From an uncultured Pseudomonadota bacterium (GTDB lineage: Bacteria > Oederibacteriota > Muellerivitia > Muellerivitales > Muellerivitaceae), in contig CAWJKT010000018.1 of NCBI GenBank assembly GCA_963843375.1, positions 15,339 to 79,338 of the forward strand: a stretch of 64,000 nucleotides of DNA, read 5' to 3'. Made by a program: the position numbers and the translations under genes. The notes beneath the pieces were generated by a model. The model saw only the letters and a list, made by a program, of their open reading frames with translations, was not told where the DNA came from and made no database searches. Below are positions 34,060 to 44,589 of this stretch, piece by piece (the stretch's first letter is position 1; every line of letters starts with the position of its first letter).

Positions 34060-36309
34060 TTGAAGCCGATCCTTCCTTCCGGCCCCGCCGGAACCCTTTT
34101 AAGGGTCTTCTTTCTTCTCTTGTCCGGTCTTTGGGTTTCCCAAGCGGTGGCTCAGACCACCGCCACCTGCGCCCAGTACGATACCATCAGCACGACCGGT
34201 TCCCCCGCCTACAACGTTCAGACAAATTATTGGAACGAAGGCACTTGCGCGGGCACCCAATGCGTGACCATCAACGACGCCACCGGGGCGTTCGGTGTCA
34301 CCGAGGCCACATTCAACTGCGGATCCACCGTGGCCAGCTATCCCTCCATTTATTATGGTTGCCACTTCGGCGATGCCAGCCCCGGCACCAATCTCCCCAT
34401 GCTGGTCAGCAACCTTACCTGTGTCACCTCCAGTTGGAATTTCACCCCTCCTGCGGACACGACGGGGGATTCCTTCGATATCGCCTATGACATCTGGTTC
34501 GCCCCCGCCAGCCAACCTACCTGCGCCGATGACAGTGGCGGTTACGACAATGGAGCGGAGCTGATGATTTGGTTGAACTATGTGGGCGACACGCCCCTGC
34601 CTACGGCTTCGGTGACCGTTGCCACTGGCATTTCCCTGGCCGGATATACATGGAACATCTATGAAACACCTTCGTCTACCCTCGGGTGGACTTACATGTC
34701 CTACCAAATTACCCCTAACGTCACCTCGGTTAGCAACTTGGATCTCTTGGACTTCTTTAAGGACGCCCTTTCCCGGGGTTTTATCGAAAATACTTGGTAT
34801 CTCGCCGCCGTCGAGGCCGGCGACGAGTTGAGGACGGGGGGGGTGCCTTTTGTCAGCAACTCCTACTCGGTGGCCGTCAATAGCGGTTGCACCGTCGTAC
34901 CCACCTCCACTCCCGGCAATACCTCCACGGCCACTCCGACCTTTACCTTCAGTTCCACTCCCTCCTCCACGGCCAGCGCCACGCCTACTTCAACGAAAAC
35001 CGTCACCAGCACCCCAACAAACATTTTTACGAACAGCCCGACGAGTACCCCGACCTCCACAGTGACGTATAGTTTGACGCCCACTCCTTCACGCACTGCC
35101 AGTGCCACGCCGACCTCGACGAAAGCTCCCACCAGCACCTCAACCGCCACGCAGACGGATAGTCCGACTCAAACTTCGACGGATTCGACGACCCCGACCG
35201 ATACCAACACCGCGACTGTTACGCCGTCCCTCACCGCTTCGGCTTCACCGACGCCAACTGCCACCAGTTCGCCCACTACAACTTCCACCGATAGCCCGAC
35301 CAATACGTCCACGAACACGGCAACCTCAACACCTACTTTCACTCCGACGAATAGTCCCGTGGCCACACCGACTCATACCATGACTAGCACGCCCACTCCG
35401 ACTCCGCCTACGACCTATACCGCTACGAATACACCCGTCTATACCGAAGCCAACACGGCGACCAGCACGGCAACAACGACTGCCACCAATACGGGCACGA
35501 ATACGGCAACGTATTCCGCGACAACAAGCCCCACCAAAACATCTACGGCGACCGCTACCAACTCTCAAACCAATATATCGACCGCCACCCCGACCAACAC
35601 AGCCACCAATAGTCTGACGGCCACCTCTACGAACAGTCCTACTTCAACCTCGACCCTTACCCCCACCGTCACCCCAACCCTTACGAACACCGAAACCAAC
35701 AGCCCGACCCAAACCCCAAGTAGCACGGAGACCCTTCCTCCCACCAACACCCTTACCAATAGCCCGACGGGCACTTTTACGTATTCGATGACCGCTTCGC
35801 CGTCCTTCACGGCTTCGCCTACGCAAACGGCTACCACGACGAACACGCCAACCGCGACAGCTTCGGCCACGCCATTCTTGACTCTCGCTGCGTCCAATAG
35901 CTCCACCTCCACGGCCGTCCCCACTTCCACTAATAGTCCTACGCTCACCAACTCACCGACGGTGACGAACAACGCTACAGTTTCGACCACACCCACAAAA
36001 TCCCCGACCCAAGTCTCGACGGGGGTTGTCATAGGAATTCCTTATCCCAATCCCGTGAAGGGTTCGGGCCCAGTGACCCTCCCGCTACAATTACCCCCCG
36101 GCTCCACGTTCGAATGGAGCGTTTTTACGACAGCCTTCCGCAAGGTCCTGGATATTCCCAATCCCATTTTGGGCGATAGCGCGGTCCTAGTCTGGAACTT
36201 GGACGATGCTTGGGGAAAACCGGTGGCCAGCGGTCTTTACTACCTGAGGGTCCAGGTCGCCGGTCCGGTCAAAACCTCCAAAATTCTGAAGGTTCTGGTG
36301 ATCCGCTAA
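34060..36309 (+). CDS. GH12 endoglucanase with Thr/Pro linker and T9SS-CTD-like tail
   Basis: NYWN, SYPSIYYGCHFG, AYDIWF, ELMIW nucleophile, WYL..VEAGDE; tail YPNP...VASGLYY...KVLVIR. Confidence 0.88.
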   Translation: MKPILPSGPAGTLLRVFFLLLSGLWVSQAVAQTTATCAQYDTISTTGSPAYNVQTNYWNEGTCAGTQCVTINDATGAFGVTEATFNCGSTVASYPSIYYGCHFGDASPGTNLPMLVSNLTCVTSSWNFTPPADTTGDSFDIAYDIWFAPASQPTCADDSGGYDNGAELMIWLNYVGDTPLPTASVTVATGISLAGYTWNIYETPSSTLGWTYMSYQITPNVTSVSNLDLLDFFKDALSRGFIENTWYLAAVEAGDELRTGGVPFVSNSYSVAVNSGCTVVPTSTPGNTSTATPTFTFSSTPSSTASATPTSTKTVTSTPTNIFTNSPTSTPTSTVTYSLTPTPSRTASATPTSTKAPTSTSTATQTDSPTQTSTDSTTPTDTNTATVTPSLTASASPTPTATSSPTTTSTDSPTNTSTNTATSTPTFTPTNSPVATPTHTMTSTPTPTPPTTYTATNTPVYTEANTATSTATTTATNTGTNTATYSATTSPTKTSTATATNSQTNISTATPTNTATNSLTATSTNSPTSTSTLTPTVTPTLTNTETNSPTQTPSSTETLPPTNTLTNSPTGTFTYSMTASPSFTASPTQTATTTNTPTATASATPFLTLAASNSSTSTAVPTSTNSPTLTNSPTVTNNATVSTTPTKSPTQVSTGVVIGIPYPNPVKGSGPVTLPLQLPPGSTFEWSVFTTAFRKVLDIPNPILGDSAVLVWNLDDAWGKPVASGLYYLRVQVAGPVKTSKILKVLVIR

Positions 36310-36372
36310 AGCAGTCCGCTGAAATGAAAATTTTTATCTGAAATAAAGTTCATTAAAAATCTTGAAAAGTGT

Positions 36373-36402
36373 TTGTCCACGACGGAGACTCAGATTGGAT
36401 GA
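36373..36402 (+). repeat. Dyad site 4
   Basis: TTGTCCACGACG-GAGACT-CAGATTGGATGA. Confidence 0.8.
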
Positions 36403-37038
36403 AAGTTTTCGGTAATTTGGATTTGAAAAGACGGTTATCTCGGGTTTGGATGTCAGGATAAAAAATTATGGTAATTGTCTCTTACTTCTTTTGGCGGCGG
36501 ACCTAGGTTACCCGTCACATTTAACCGTCCAGGAATCGATATCCGAGTCTCCCTAAGAAGTCAAATGAACCACGATTGGAAGGAGATTCGTCAAATTTGG
36601 GTCAATTTTGTCCGGGGTTTGAATTATTTTTGAAATTTTCGACTTAATCCATCAGACTTTTTCCTTGGCATTAAATATGCCCTGTAAAAGTGCCAATGTT
36701 AAAAATAGGCATTGGGTGAAAGAACTTTTATGATAACGGGGGTTCCAGTATTTCTGGGGCTAAACTATTTAAAAATCAATTTTTGACCTGATTAAATTTC
36801 AGATATTTATTTATGGAGTCTATGGGTGCCTTGTTCGCGGATTCTATTACGTGGTGGTGACCACCCCGGAGAGAAGGCGTTCCATCGGGAAACTGCTGAT
36901 TTTGAGATGAATCCCTAATAATAGACATAGATCGACTTCTTGAATTGGCTTGCGAGTAGACAAATATATTTCTTTAGTAAATATTTTATTTGAAATTAGT
37001 CAGGGCTGATTAAAAATCAAGCCAAATGAATATTTTTG

Positions 37039-37068
37039 TTGTACACGATGGGGACCCGTAATGGACAA
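37039..37068 (+). repeat. Dyad site 5
   Basis: TTGTACACGATG-GGGACC-CGTAATGGACAA. Confidence 0.85.
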
Positions 37069-37098
37069 TCAAACCTTTAAAATGAAAGAACGGTTTTC

Positions 37099-37596
37099 GT
37101 GAATTATCTAACCCTCTTTGACATAACAACCGTAGGGTATAAGTCCCTGCCTTCCTTAGGACCCGGCTTTATCATTTTCTGTGTTGGGTTGCTGGTTTTT
37201 TTCGCCAATGAAAAGTTAAAAAATAGGATTTTTGGACCGTTTTGGACTAAGTCAAGGTTAAGGATCTTTTCAATCATTTATACCGGTTTTGCGGCTCTTT
37301 TTTCTATTTCCGGATTAGTACATACCTACTCTGATTATTCCAGACTGAAAAGCGCATTTTTGAACAATCAGTGTGAAATAGTCGAGGGTGTGGTCACTCA
37401 ATTCGTACCCATGCCCGTTACAGGCCATGCCGATGAAAGTTTTACCGTAAACAATCATAGTTTTAGGTATTCAGATTACGAATTAACGGCGGGATTCAAT
37501 AATACACAATCCCATGGTGGGCCGATCAAAGCAGGCTTACAAGTTCGTATTCATTGTCTAGGGAACGAAATCGCAAAATTGGAAATCGCCAGATAA
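37099..37596 (+). CDS. Hypothetical membrane protein (2 TM plus beta domain)
   Basis: ORF fills the space between sites 5 and 6. Confidence 0.75.
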   Translation: MNYLTLFDITTVGYKSLPSLGPGFIIFCVGLLVFFANEKLKNRIFGPFWTKSRLRIFSIIYTGFAALFSISGLVHTYSDYSRLKSAFLNNQCEIVEGVVTQFVPMPVTGHADESFTVNNHSFRYSDYELTAGFNNTQSHGGPIKAGLQVRIHCLGNEIAKLEIAR

Positions 37597-37625
37597 AAGA
37601 AAACGTGAACAAACGGTTTTCGGGA

Positions 37626-37655
37626 TTGTCCACGGCGGGGACGCAGAAGGAACAA
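37626..37655 (+). repeat. Dyad site 6
   Basis: TTGTCCACGGCG-GGGACG-CAGAAGGAACAA. Confidence 0.8.
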
Positions 37656-37695
37656 TTGCAAAGAGATTAAATGAGGTTCTTGGGAGGGAGTATTT

Positions 37696-38523
37696 ATGAT
37701 TTTTTTGAAGTTTCCATTTCTTTGCCTAATTGCGGCATTGGGTATTTATTTTGTAAATTTTAAATATGGAATTTCACAAACAAATCCAACCCCAGAAATG
37801 AACGTTCCAATCACGATTCTGCAAAAACCTGTCCTGGTACGATTGAAACAAACAAAAGATGATGTTTTCTTAATCAGTGTTGATTTCGGAAAAGACCATT
37901 TTTCTTTCAAGTCCGAAGGCTATGACAATTCCTTGCCCGAATATTTAAAAACGTTCGGGTGGAAAGAAAATTATTTATTTGTTCATCAGTGGAATGGTTG
38001 TGGGAGTTGCCATAAAGGGGTTGTGGATCGGGTTTATAAAATCATAAACGGTCATCTGGTTGAATTGGGTGAAATACGGTCGCCCGAAGATGCGAAATCC
38101 CCTGGGGAAGAATATAACAATGGTTTATTTGAAGATTTGTATAACAAGTTTGAGGGCACTGATTTAACAGCGCATGTACATAGTCCCGATATGTTATTAG
38201 CGTTGAGGGAAAGTGAGGGAAAGTTGCTTGTCGATTTGCGTGAAACATGGTTAAAAAATGAAACTGAGTATTTAGAAACGAACGGCAAACTCGAAGCGTT
38301 TTCCACCCCGACTGGCAAAGAAAACGATCGACAAGAATCACCACTTTGGATGATTTTGGGAAACGGTGTTGTGGCCAAATATTGCAAAAAGAGCAAAGAG
38401 TTAAATAAAACAATGCAACAGGCCAAAAGGCTTTTAACGAACGAAGATATTAAAAAAATTAGATCTGTTTTGAATGAAGTTATTCCTGGAGAATTAAGTC
38501 CTAGAGAAGATGAAATGCCCTAA
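37696..38523 (+). CDS. Hypothetical exported protein
   Basis: GGGAG Shine-Dalgarno, N-terminal hydrophobic segment, AT-rich. Confidence 0.75.
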   Translation: MIFLKFPFLCLIAALGIYFVNFKYGISQTNPTPEMNVPITILQKPVLVRLKQTKDDVFLISVDFGKDHFSFKSEGYDNSLPEYLKTFGWKENYLFVHQWNGCGSCHKGVVDRVYKIINGHLVELGEIRSPEDAKSPGEEYNNGLFEDLYNKFEGTDLTAHVHSPDMLLALRESEGKLLVDLRETWLKNETEYLETNGKLEAFSTPTGKENDRQESPLWMILGNGVVAKYCKKSKELNKTMQQAKRLLTNEDIKKIRSVLNEVIPGELSPREDEMP

Positions 38524-38530
38524 TGGGTGG

Positions 38531-38560
38531 TTGTCCACGGCGGGGAACCGTCGTGGACAG
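38531..38560 (+). repeat. Dyad site 7
   Basis: TTGTCCACGGCG-GGGAAC-CGTCGTGGACAG. Confidence 0.85.
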
Positions 38561-38752
38561 GTAAAGTAAGATGATATTATGTGACTGCCACAAATCGACC
38601 TAATTTTTTGTATTAAAATTGTTTTTAGAGGTATGCCGGTATTTGTGCGATTTAAGGATAAAACAAGAAGTGATAATAATTTGTTAAATTTGTCCGAAGG
38701 GTCAAAAAGTCATTGGACTTTCTTGAAGAATTATTAGAATGTAAATATATGG

Positions 38753-41700
38753 TTGTCAGATATTTTTTTGGGGTCAATAGTGTTTTATAAAGTAGGTATA
38801 TCTTTCTTTAAAAAAAATATTTTTTTCCTTTCGTTTGCTTGTGCTATTTGGCTGTTTGGGCATGACGCCGCAGCTCAAACTTTCCCGCTACCCATCCCAA
38901 CCGTTTGTATTTGCTTGGACAGCGGGGATGGGGGGGATTTGATTGTCTCGGATGTGGCCAATCCCCAGGATGTGGGTTCCATCGCACCCGTGGTTAGCGT
39001 GAACCCCTATCCAGGTTGGTTTCCTGCCTGCGGAAATTCCAACTTTATTTCGGATAACACTGCGGGGTTAGTTACGCCTGCGACAAGTGAAGACACCAAC
39101 CAAATTGTTGTCCAAAGAACACTCAACCTTAGTTCCTTAACTGCCTCTCAACTGGCCCAAGTGACTTTCAGCCTTAGCGTCAAAGCAGACGACGCCATAA
39201 CGGTTATCGTGAATAACAATTCCGGCAGTCCGGCATTGAGCTGCGGGGGGGTGAGTTTACCGGCTTGTTTTCTCAACGGTTGCGACACGCTAACGGGCAC
39301 CAATAGCGGCGCTTTTCAAAACCAATTCACTGCCGGCTTTAACACTGTCGATTTCGTCATCCAGGATATTTACGGCGGCCATATCGCGGGGGATTTTGAG
39401 CTTTGCGCCTGTTATCCGGCGCCTTCGCCCACGGCCACCTTAACCCCCACCGAAACCTCAACCAACACCCAAACGAATACCGACACCTTGACCCCAACCA
39501 GTTCCACAACCTACACTCCCAGCCCGACGCCGACACTCACTCCCACTCCGACCGCAACCAACACCCAAACGAATACCGACACCTTGACACCGACCAGTTC
39601 CGCCACCTACACACCCAGCCTGACGCCGACCATCACTCTTACCCTTACCCCCACCGATACAGCCACGAATACGCCCACCTCAACTCCGCCGGGTTGCTAT
39701 AGCTTGTCGCAAGTCCTGCCTATCAATAAATCCGTGGCGCCCGCAAGGATCCAGGGACCTTCGGACGTGGCGGTAGACCCCACAACGGGGGACTTATTCA
39801 CCGTGGGTTCAGATAATGCGAAAGCCGGATTTTCTAACCAGATCGTGGTGAAGTCCGACCCTGCGGGGAACTTTATCATGTCCTGGGCCGTTCCCGGCGT
39901 GGCGATGGCGGCCCATCTAAGCACGGATTTGAATGGAAACGTTTATGTGGGATACCAAACGACGGCTGGGCGGAATTTCGTCCAAGAATACAGTTCCGTT
40001 GGAACGCCCATCGGCGGTCCTCTGGGCCCCTTCGGCACGATCGATCTCTTTATGGCGAACGACCCAGTTACCGGAGACCTCTATGTGCTGGATGGTTACC
40101 TGGTCTATCGTTATGGCCCGGGCAATGTATCCTTGGGCCCACCCTTCACCCTTTCCCGGACGTTATTCCGTTCGGGAGCAACCACCGGCATCGCCATCGA
40201 CGGATCCCAGAACATCTATATCGGGGACAACGGCACGCGAAGCGTGGTGGAGATCAGCGAAACGACAGGCCTCCTTGAAAAAACCATTTCCTTGCCGGTC
40301 GGTAGCGGAGTAGAGGACCTAGCTTGGGATCAGGCTACGAACCAACTTATCGTTGGTTATATCAACCATTTCCAGGCGATCGACAGCAATGGAAACTTGG
40401 CGGGCACCTTTGCGGGTTCCGGTCAATTCACCGATTTGACGGGAGTGGGAGTTGACCCCAACGGCTGTGTCCTGGCGACCGTCGACACGAGTAGGGACGT
40501 AGAACGTTGGTGCCCTTGCTACCTCCCAACGAAAACTCCAACCGATTCGCCTACCGCCACTCCAACCCTAACTCCGGAAGCCACCGCCTGTTTCAAATAC
40601 GTTTCGGTCCTGGGGGCCTTTGGCGGCGGGGCGGCTCCGGGAGACCTAGCACTGCCGTACACCGACACGGTGGACGGATCGGGCAATGTTTTTGTGCTTA
40701 ACGGTTCGGCGGGGAATAAAACCCTTATCACTAAATACAATTCCGCGGGGAAATATGTCCTTCAATGGACCGTCCCATTCAATGACGGACCGGGGGGCTT
40801 CATCGCCGCCAACAGCAAGGGCGATGTTTACCTAGTCTATCCAACAGGAGATGGCGTTTACTCGATCCAAGAATACGGCCCAACCGGTATGCCCCTCGGG
40901 GTCCCCTTCGGCCCCCTTGACAACGTAGCGGGTATCGCTATCGGCCCGGGCGATCGGCTGTATGTCCGAACCTTTCCCCCCACGAACGAAGGTCAAGGAG
41001 ATGTTTGGGTCTACAACTCCTCCAACGTCCTCTTGCCCGACAGTTCATTTACTTACCCCGGCCCAGGCGGCGGATTCGGGATCACCGTGGATCTTTCAGG
41101 TAATGTTTATCTTGCAGGTATTGAGAATGGAATGCGGGAATACAATGCCGGCGGGCAATTGATCAATCAATTCAAGGCGAATTCGGCCGTGCAAATCGCC
41201 TTTGACAATGTGACAAATGAGGTCCTGTCCACGGACGGCTCCAAGGTTTATATCTATAGCCCGGGCGGGCTATCCTTGGGATCTTTCGGAGTTGCCGGGA
41301 CGGGCCCCGGAAAGTTTATTTATGCCGACGCGGTCGCTGTGGACCAGTCCACTGGCTGCGCCTATGTAGTGGATCCGGACCAGCAAGTGGTGGAGAAGTG
41401 GTGCCCGTGCGGATCTGGCGGCACCTCAACAAACACCGCTACCAATTCGCCCACCTTCACTGTGAGCCAAACAAGGACGTCTACGGGCACTTCGACAGTT
41501 ACTTTCACCTTAACCTTGACAGGGACCTTTACAGCCACCCCAACTCCCACCCCTTCACCGATCCCTTCCAACACTCCAATAAGCTCGGCTACCTCCACGG
41601 CATTCTCGACGGCCACCGGTTCGCCCACTCCTAGCCCCACTCCGACGGAAACTCTGAGTCCCACGGGAACGGAGACCCCCACCCCGACAGAGACCAATAC

Positions 41701-43120
41701 CGCCACGAATACGGCGACCCTTTCCCCAACCCTTAGCCTTACCCCAACGGAATCCAATACGCAAACAAATTCAGCCACCCTTACCCCTACTTTTAGCGTT
41801 ACCCCGACGGCTTCCCCGACAACCACCGGTTCGGTCACCTCCACGGCAACCTTTACCCCAACCTTAAGCTCCACTTTAACGGCAACCTTGACTGCGACCA
41901 CTACTTCCACTTTCACCATAACTTCAACTGCGGCTTGCAAATGTGTCGGGTCATTTACTTCCTCCCGGGACGTGAACAATATCCTCTTTCCGGCTCCAGG
42001 AGAATTTTGTTATTTCGTCAATCTGGGTATAACTTTCTCAACATGTTCGGGAAATATCCCCGTTTCTTTCTATGCCACCAGTACGAACGGAGACATATAT
42101 ACTCCCAGCACTATATCGATCACCCTTTCCTCGGCCAATAATTTTACCTTCGAAGAACCGGTCACCTTTTGCGGACCACTGGTCCCGGGAAATGTCATCA
42201 CCATATTCGCCGCCTTTCCGGGAACTTGTTATGAGACCACCAATTTTGGAACCGAAACCGTCGTCGCCCCTACTCCTACTCCAACGATTACTTCCACCCC
42301 CAGCTGTAGCTGTTCTTCCTTTAACTTTAACTCTTGCGCGACGAGTGCAACCTCGATCGGTTCACAGTCGGGCTGCTACAAGGTTTTAGTGAATTATCAA
42401 TGGACAAGTTGCGCATTGCTCACCGGGTTCCCGGTTTCTTTCTTTGTGACCTCGGCCAGCGGCGATTACACCATCAGTCCGGATTCGGTTACTTTCGGCG
42501 CCTGTGGGGCTGTGCCCTGTGCGGGGGCGGTGGCGGATTTCCCCTTCACCATTTGTGGCCCGTCGTTAAGCGGAAATCCAGTGACCATCAATTTCCTCAA
42601 TCCCAGCGGAACCCTTTGCGACGGACCGGGTCAATGCGGACCTATCTTGTTGCCCACTTTTACCACCACTCCCACTGCCACGAAATTGCCGACTAACTCG
42701 CCAACCCCGACACCGACCTTTACACCCACCAGTACACCTATCGCGATGGCCATGGCTTCCCGGTCAGACTTCATACAAGCCTCAAGGTTGAATCCGAACT
42801 CCACCGGGAGCCCCTCCAACACTTCCGGGTTGTTGGGGAATGTGGCGGCCCTGCCCAACCTTTCAAGAGGGTTCGAGCCGATCAAGTTCGAGGTTATTCT
42901 GGGACATCCGGCCCAGTTAACTCTTATCATCTATAGTTTGTCTGGGGAGAACCTTTATTCGACAGTTTGGGAAGGTAACGCTGGAGTGAACCAATGGGTT
43001 TGGAATCTGGAAAACCGCTTTTCCCAACAAGTGGCCAGTGGACTTTATATTTATTTGATCGAGGCCAACGACGGGCAAATACGAGAATTGGAAACGGGAA
43101 AACTGGTTATCCTTCACTAG
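38753..43120 (+). CDS. Large secreted protein: beta-sandwich, two NHL-like beta-propellers, Thr-rich linkers, Cys-rich domains, T9SS-CTD-like tail
   Basis: [26 protein letters not shown] repeats; tail LPN...IYSLSGE...WNL...VASGLYIY...KLVILH. Confidence 0.8.
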   Translation: MSDIFLGSIVFYKVGISFFKKNIFFLSFACAIWLFGHDAAAQTFPLPIPTVCICLDSGDGGDLIVSDVANPQDVGSIAPVVSVNPYPGWFPACGNSNFISDNTAGLVTPATSEDTNQIVVQRTLNLSSLTASQLAQVTFSLSVKADDAITVIVNNNSGSPALSCGGVSLPACFLNGCDTLTGTNSGAFQNQFTAGFNTVDFVIQDIYGGHIAGDFELCACYPAPSPTATLTPTETSTNTQTNTDTLTPTSSTTYTPSPTPTLTPTPTATNTQTNTDTLTPTSSATYTPSLTPTITLTLTPTDTATNTPTSTPPGCYSLSQVLPINKSVAPARIQGPSDVAVDPTTGDLFTVGSDNAKAGFSNQIVVKSDPAGNFIMSWAVPGVAMAAHLSTDLNGNVYVGYQTTAGRNFVQEYSSVGTPIGGPLGPFGTIDLFMANDPVTGDLYVLDGYLVYRYGPGNVSLGPPFTLSRTLFRSGATTGIAIDGSQNIYIGDNGTRSVVEISETTGLLEKTISLPVGSGVEDLAWDQATNQLIVGYINHFQAIDSNGNLAGTFAGSGQFTDLTGVGVDPNGCVLATVDTSRDVERWCPCYLPTKTPTDSPTATPTLTPEATACFKYVSVLGAFGGGAAPGDLALPYTDTVDGSGNVFVLNGSAGNKTLITKYNSAGKYVLQWTVPFNDGPGGFIAANSKGDVYLVYPTGDGVYSIQEYGPTGMPLGVPFGPLDNVAGIAIGPGDRLYVRTFPPTNEGQGDVWVYNSSNVLLPDSSFTYPGPGGGFGITVDLSGNVYLAGIENGMREYNAGGQLINQFKANSAVQIAFDNVTNEVLSTDGSKVYIYSPGGLSLGSFGVAGTGPGKFIYADAVAVDQSTGCAYVVDPDQQVVEKWCPCGSGGTSTNTATNSPTFTVSQTRTSTGTSTVTFTLTLTGTFTATPTPTPSPIPSNTPISSATSTAFSTATGSPTPSPTPTETLSPTGTETPTPTETNTATNTATLSPTLSLTPTESNTQTNSATLTPTFSVTPTASPTTTGSVTSTATFTPTLSSTLTATLTATTTSTFTITSTAACKCVGSFTSSRDVNNILFPAPGEFCYFVNLGITFSTCSGNIPVSFYATSTNGDIYTPSTISITLSSANNFTFEEPVTFCGPLVPGNVITIFAAFPGTCYETTNFGTETVVAPTPTPTITSTPSCSCSSFNFNSCATSATSIGSQSGCYKVLVNYQWTSCALLTGFPVSFFVTSASGDYTISPDSVTFGACGAVPCAGAVADFPFTICGPSLSGNPVTINFLNPSGTLCDGPGQCGPILLPTFTTTPTATKLPTNSPTPTPTFTPTSTPIAMAMASRSDFIQASRLNPNSTGSPSNTSGLLGNVAALPNLSRGFEPIKFEVILGHPAQLTLIIYSLSGENLYSTVWEGNAGVNQWVWNLENRFSQQVASGLYIYLIEANDGQIRELETGKLVILH

Positions 43121-43219
43121 AATGTTTAATGCAGGTTTTCTAATCTTCGGCTTACTGGAAACAAAATCATTTTTGAAAGGACAGGAACGCACTTGGGTTT
43201 ATTTGAGTAAGTAAATAAG

Positions 43220-43249
43220 TTATCCACGATGGGGAGCCGGATTGGACAA
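43220..43249 (+). repeat. Dyad site 8
   Basis: TTATCCACGATG-GGGAGC-CGGATTGGACAA. Confidence 0.85.
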
Positions 43250-43270
43250 GTTTCTTCGAGGGAGTATTAA

Positions 43271-43369
43271 ATGAAACGGTGTATTTTGACCGGTAGCCGG
43301 GTTCCGGTAAGGCGTCGATACTCCACGCCCTGAAGGCGGAAGGCTATCCGGCCATCAAGGAGGCATTAG
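43271..43369 (+). pseudogene. 5' remnant of an AAA_28-like P-loop ATPase
   Basis: MKRCILTGS(frameshift)PGSGKASILHALKAEGYPAIKEA. Confidence 0.5.
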
Positions 43370-44047
43370 GTGAAGCGTTGTTTCCTTTTGCTGTTCCTGG
43401 CCTGTTTTCAGGTGTCCCTCGCCTGGGGGCAGGCAGAGTATTCCCTCCCCAATTCCGGGCAAATCCAGGTAGGTTCGAATTATTTTGGACAATCGTTGGG
43501 CCTCTCCTATTCCCGGGATTTGGCCGGGCCCCTTTGGGCCGATTTCGCCCTGGAGACCCAAAGCATTTCTTTCCAGTCGGTCGCTGGCCAGACTTTTTTC
43601 GTGTTTAACAACAATTCCTACACTAATTTCAATATCGGCCTGGACGTCCATGATTTCGTCACAATGGACCTATCCTTCCACCGCTCTGATAAATGAGTTT
43701 TCCGTATCCTCAATTCGCTGGCGGTCGGCATCACCCATTTTGACATGACCTTCCACCTTTCCTTCAACGGGGCGGACCCTTCCGATACTTTCCAGGGGCA
43801 GAGGGACATTTCCGCTTTCGCGCTTTATACGGACCTTCACCTGCTCGATTTTTACCCGCCTCACGACAAACTCTTCTTTTCTCTGGGAATCAAGGGCAAT
43901 ACCGCCTTCCTTTCCAGCCCGCAAACGGTGAACGCCACGGATGGTTCGGGGGGAACCGCCTTTATTTCCTATTCCAGCGGGAACGGAGGGGCGATCATGT
44001 TTCCGGATTTGGAATTGTACCTAGGCCTTGGCTATGGTTTCGAATGA
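43370..44047 (+). CDS. Outer-membrane beta-barrel-like protein, frameshift near 43680
   Basis: Signal peptide; second ORF ends LYLGLGYGFE. Confidence 0.6.
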
Positions 44048-44076
44048 TCGGGAGTAAATACGGAAAGCGGAGGGGG

Positions 44077-44106
44077 CTGTCCACGGCGGGGACCCGGATT
44101 GTACAA
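44077..44106 (+). repeat. Dyad site 9
   Basis: CTGTCCACGGCG-GGGACC-CGGATTGTACAA. Confidence 0.85.
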
Positions 44107-44125
44107 AATTAACCGGAGATAAGAT

Positions 44126-44368
44126 TTGAAAATATTTAATAAATCCGTTCCTGTTCCAGTCTTAATAATTTTTTTAGGGTGGTTGGCTTTAATCTTTCAA
44201 GTATTTTTTTTCACGTTGGGCATGAGAATCGTTACCGATTGGGAAATTCGTTTTCTTTTATCCATGGGCATTGACCCGAAAGTTTTTTGGTGGATTTTCA
44301 TTTTTTTAGTTGTGGTAATAAGTCCATTCTTTCTGAAGTATTACAACGATATCGAGAAAAAGAAATAG
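44126..44368 (+). CDS. Small 2-TM membrane protein
   Basis: GGAG upstream of TTG start; fills the space between sites 9 and 10. Confidence 0.65.
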   Translation: MKIFNKSVPVPVLIIFLGWLALIFQVFFFTLGMRIVTDWEIRFLLSMGIDPKVFWWIFIFLVVVISPFFLKYYNDIEKKK

Positions 44369-44394
44369 TTGAGGTTTGGGGTGAAAGGTGGAGA

Positions 44395-44424
44395 TTGTTC
44401 GCGACGGGGACCCGGATTGGACAG
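44395..44424 (+). repeat. Dyad site 10
   Basis: TTGTTCGCGACG-GGGACC-CGGATTGGACAG. Confidence 0.85.
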
Positions 44425-44529
44425 CGTGCCAGGATCAAGGATGCAGCAGCCAGCAGGTGCGGTTCGATATGAACCAAGTCCTGACGGGGTAACCGCCCGA
44501 GGGCCCCGAAGTCAACCTCCGTGGCAAGG

Positions 44530-44589
44530 AGCAATATCGTTTTTTTTTTTTTTTTTTTTTTTTTTGTACACGTTCAGCTTCGTATTGCT
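44530..44589. other. Nanopore ligation-adapter scar marking a chimeric junction
   Basis: AGCAATATCG, T26, GTACACGTTCAGCTTCGTATTGCT versus adapter AGCAATACGT and TGTACTTCGTTCAGTTACGTATTGCT; abrupt GC change. Confidence 0.9.

Larger units (their letters stand above)
31846..44424 (+). mobile_element. Putative gene-cassette array delimited by ten 30-bp dyad sites
   Basis: Sites at 31846, 33153, 33684, 36373, 37039, 37626, 38531, 43220, 44077, 44395, all intergenic and co-oriented. Confidence 0.6.

Noticed and set aside
38531..38560. Dyad sites as intrinsic terminators
   Set aside because: Site 7 folds well, but most copies pair poorly in the inner arm and lack a following U tract; not fully excluded
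43220..43228. TTATCCACG/TTGTCCACG as DnaA boxes of an origin
   Set aside because: Dispersed singly as part of a longer dyad; no box cluster or dnaA context
31846..44424. Dyad repeats as a CRISPR array or classical attC sites
   Set aside because: Spacing is 0.3-4.7 kb with whole genes between, no cas genes, and no attC core motifs
44425..44529. SRP RNA or tmRNA resemblance (GCCAGGATCAAGGATGCAGC)
   Set aside because: Lacks the GNRA helix-8 geometry and tmRNA acceptor pairing; truncated
44521..44589. Poly-Phe/poly-Lys ORF ends or a retro-element poly(A) tail
   Set aside because: Explained by the adapter artefact
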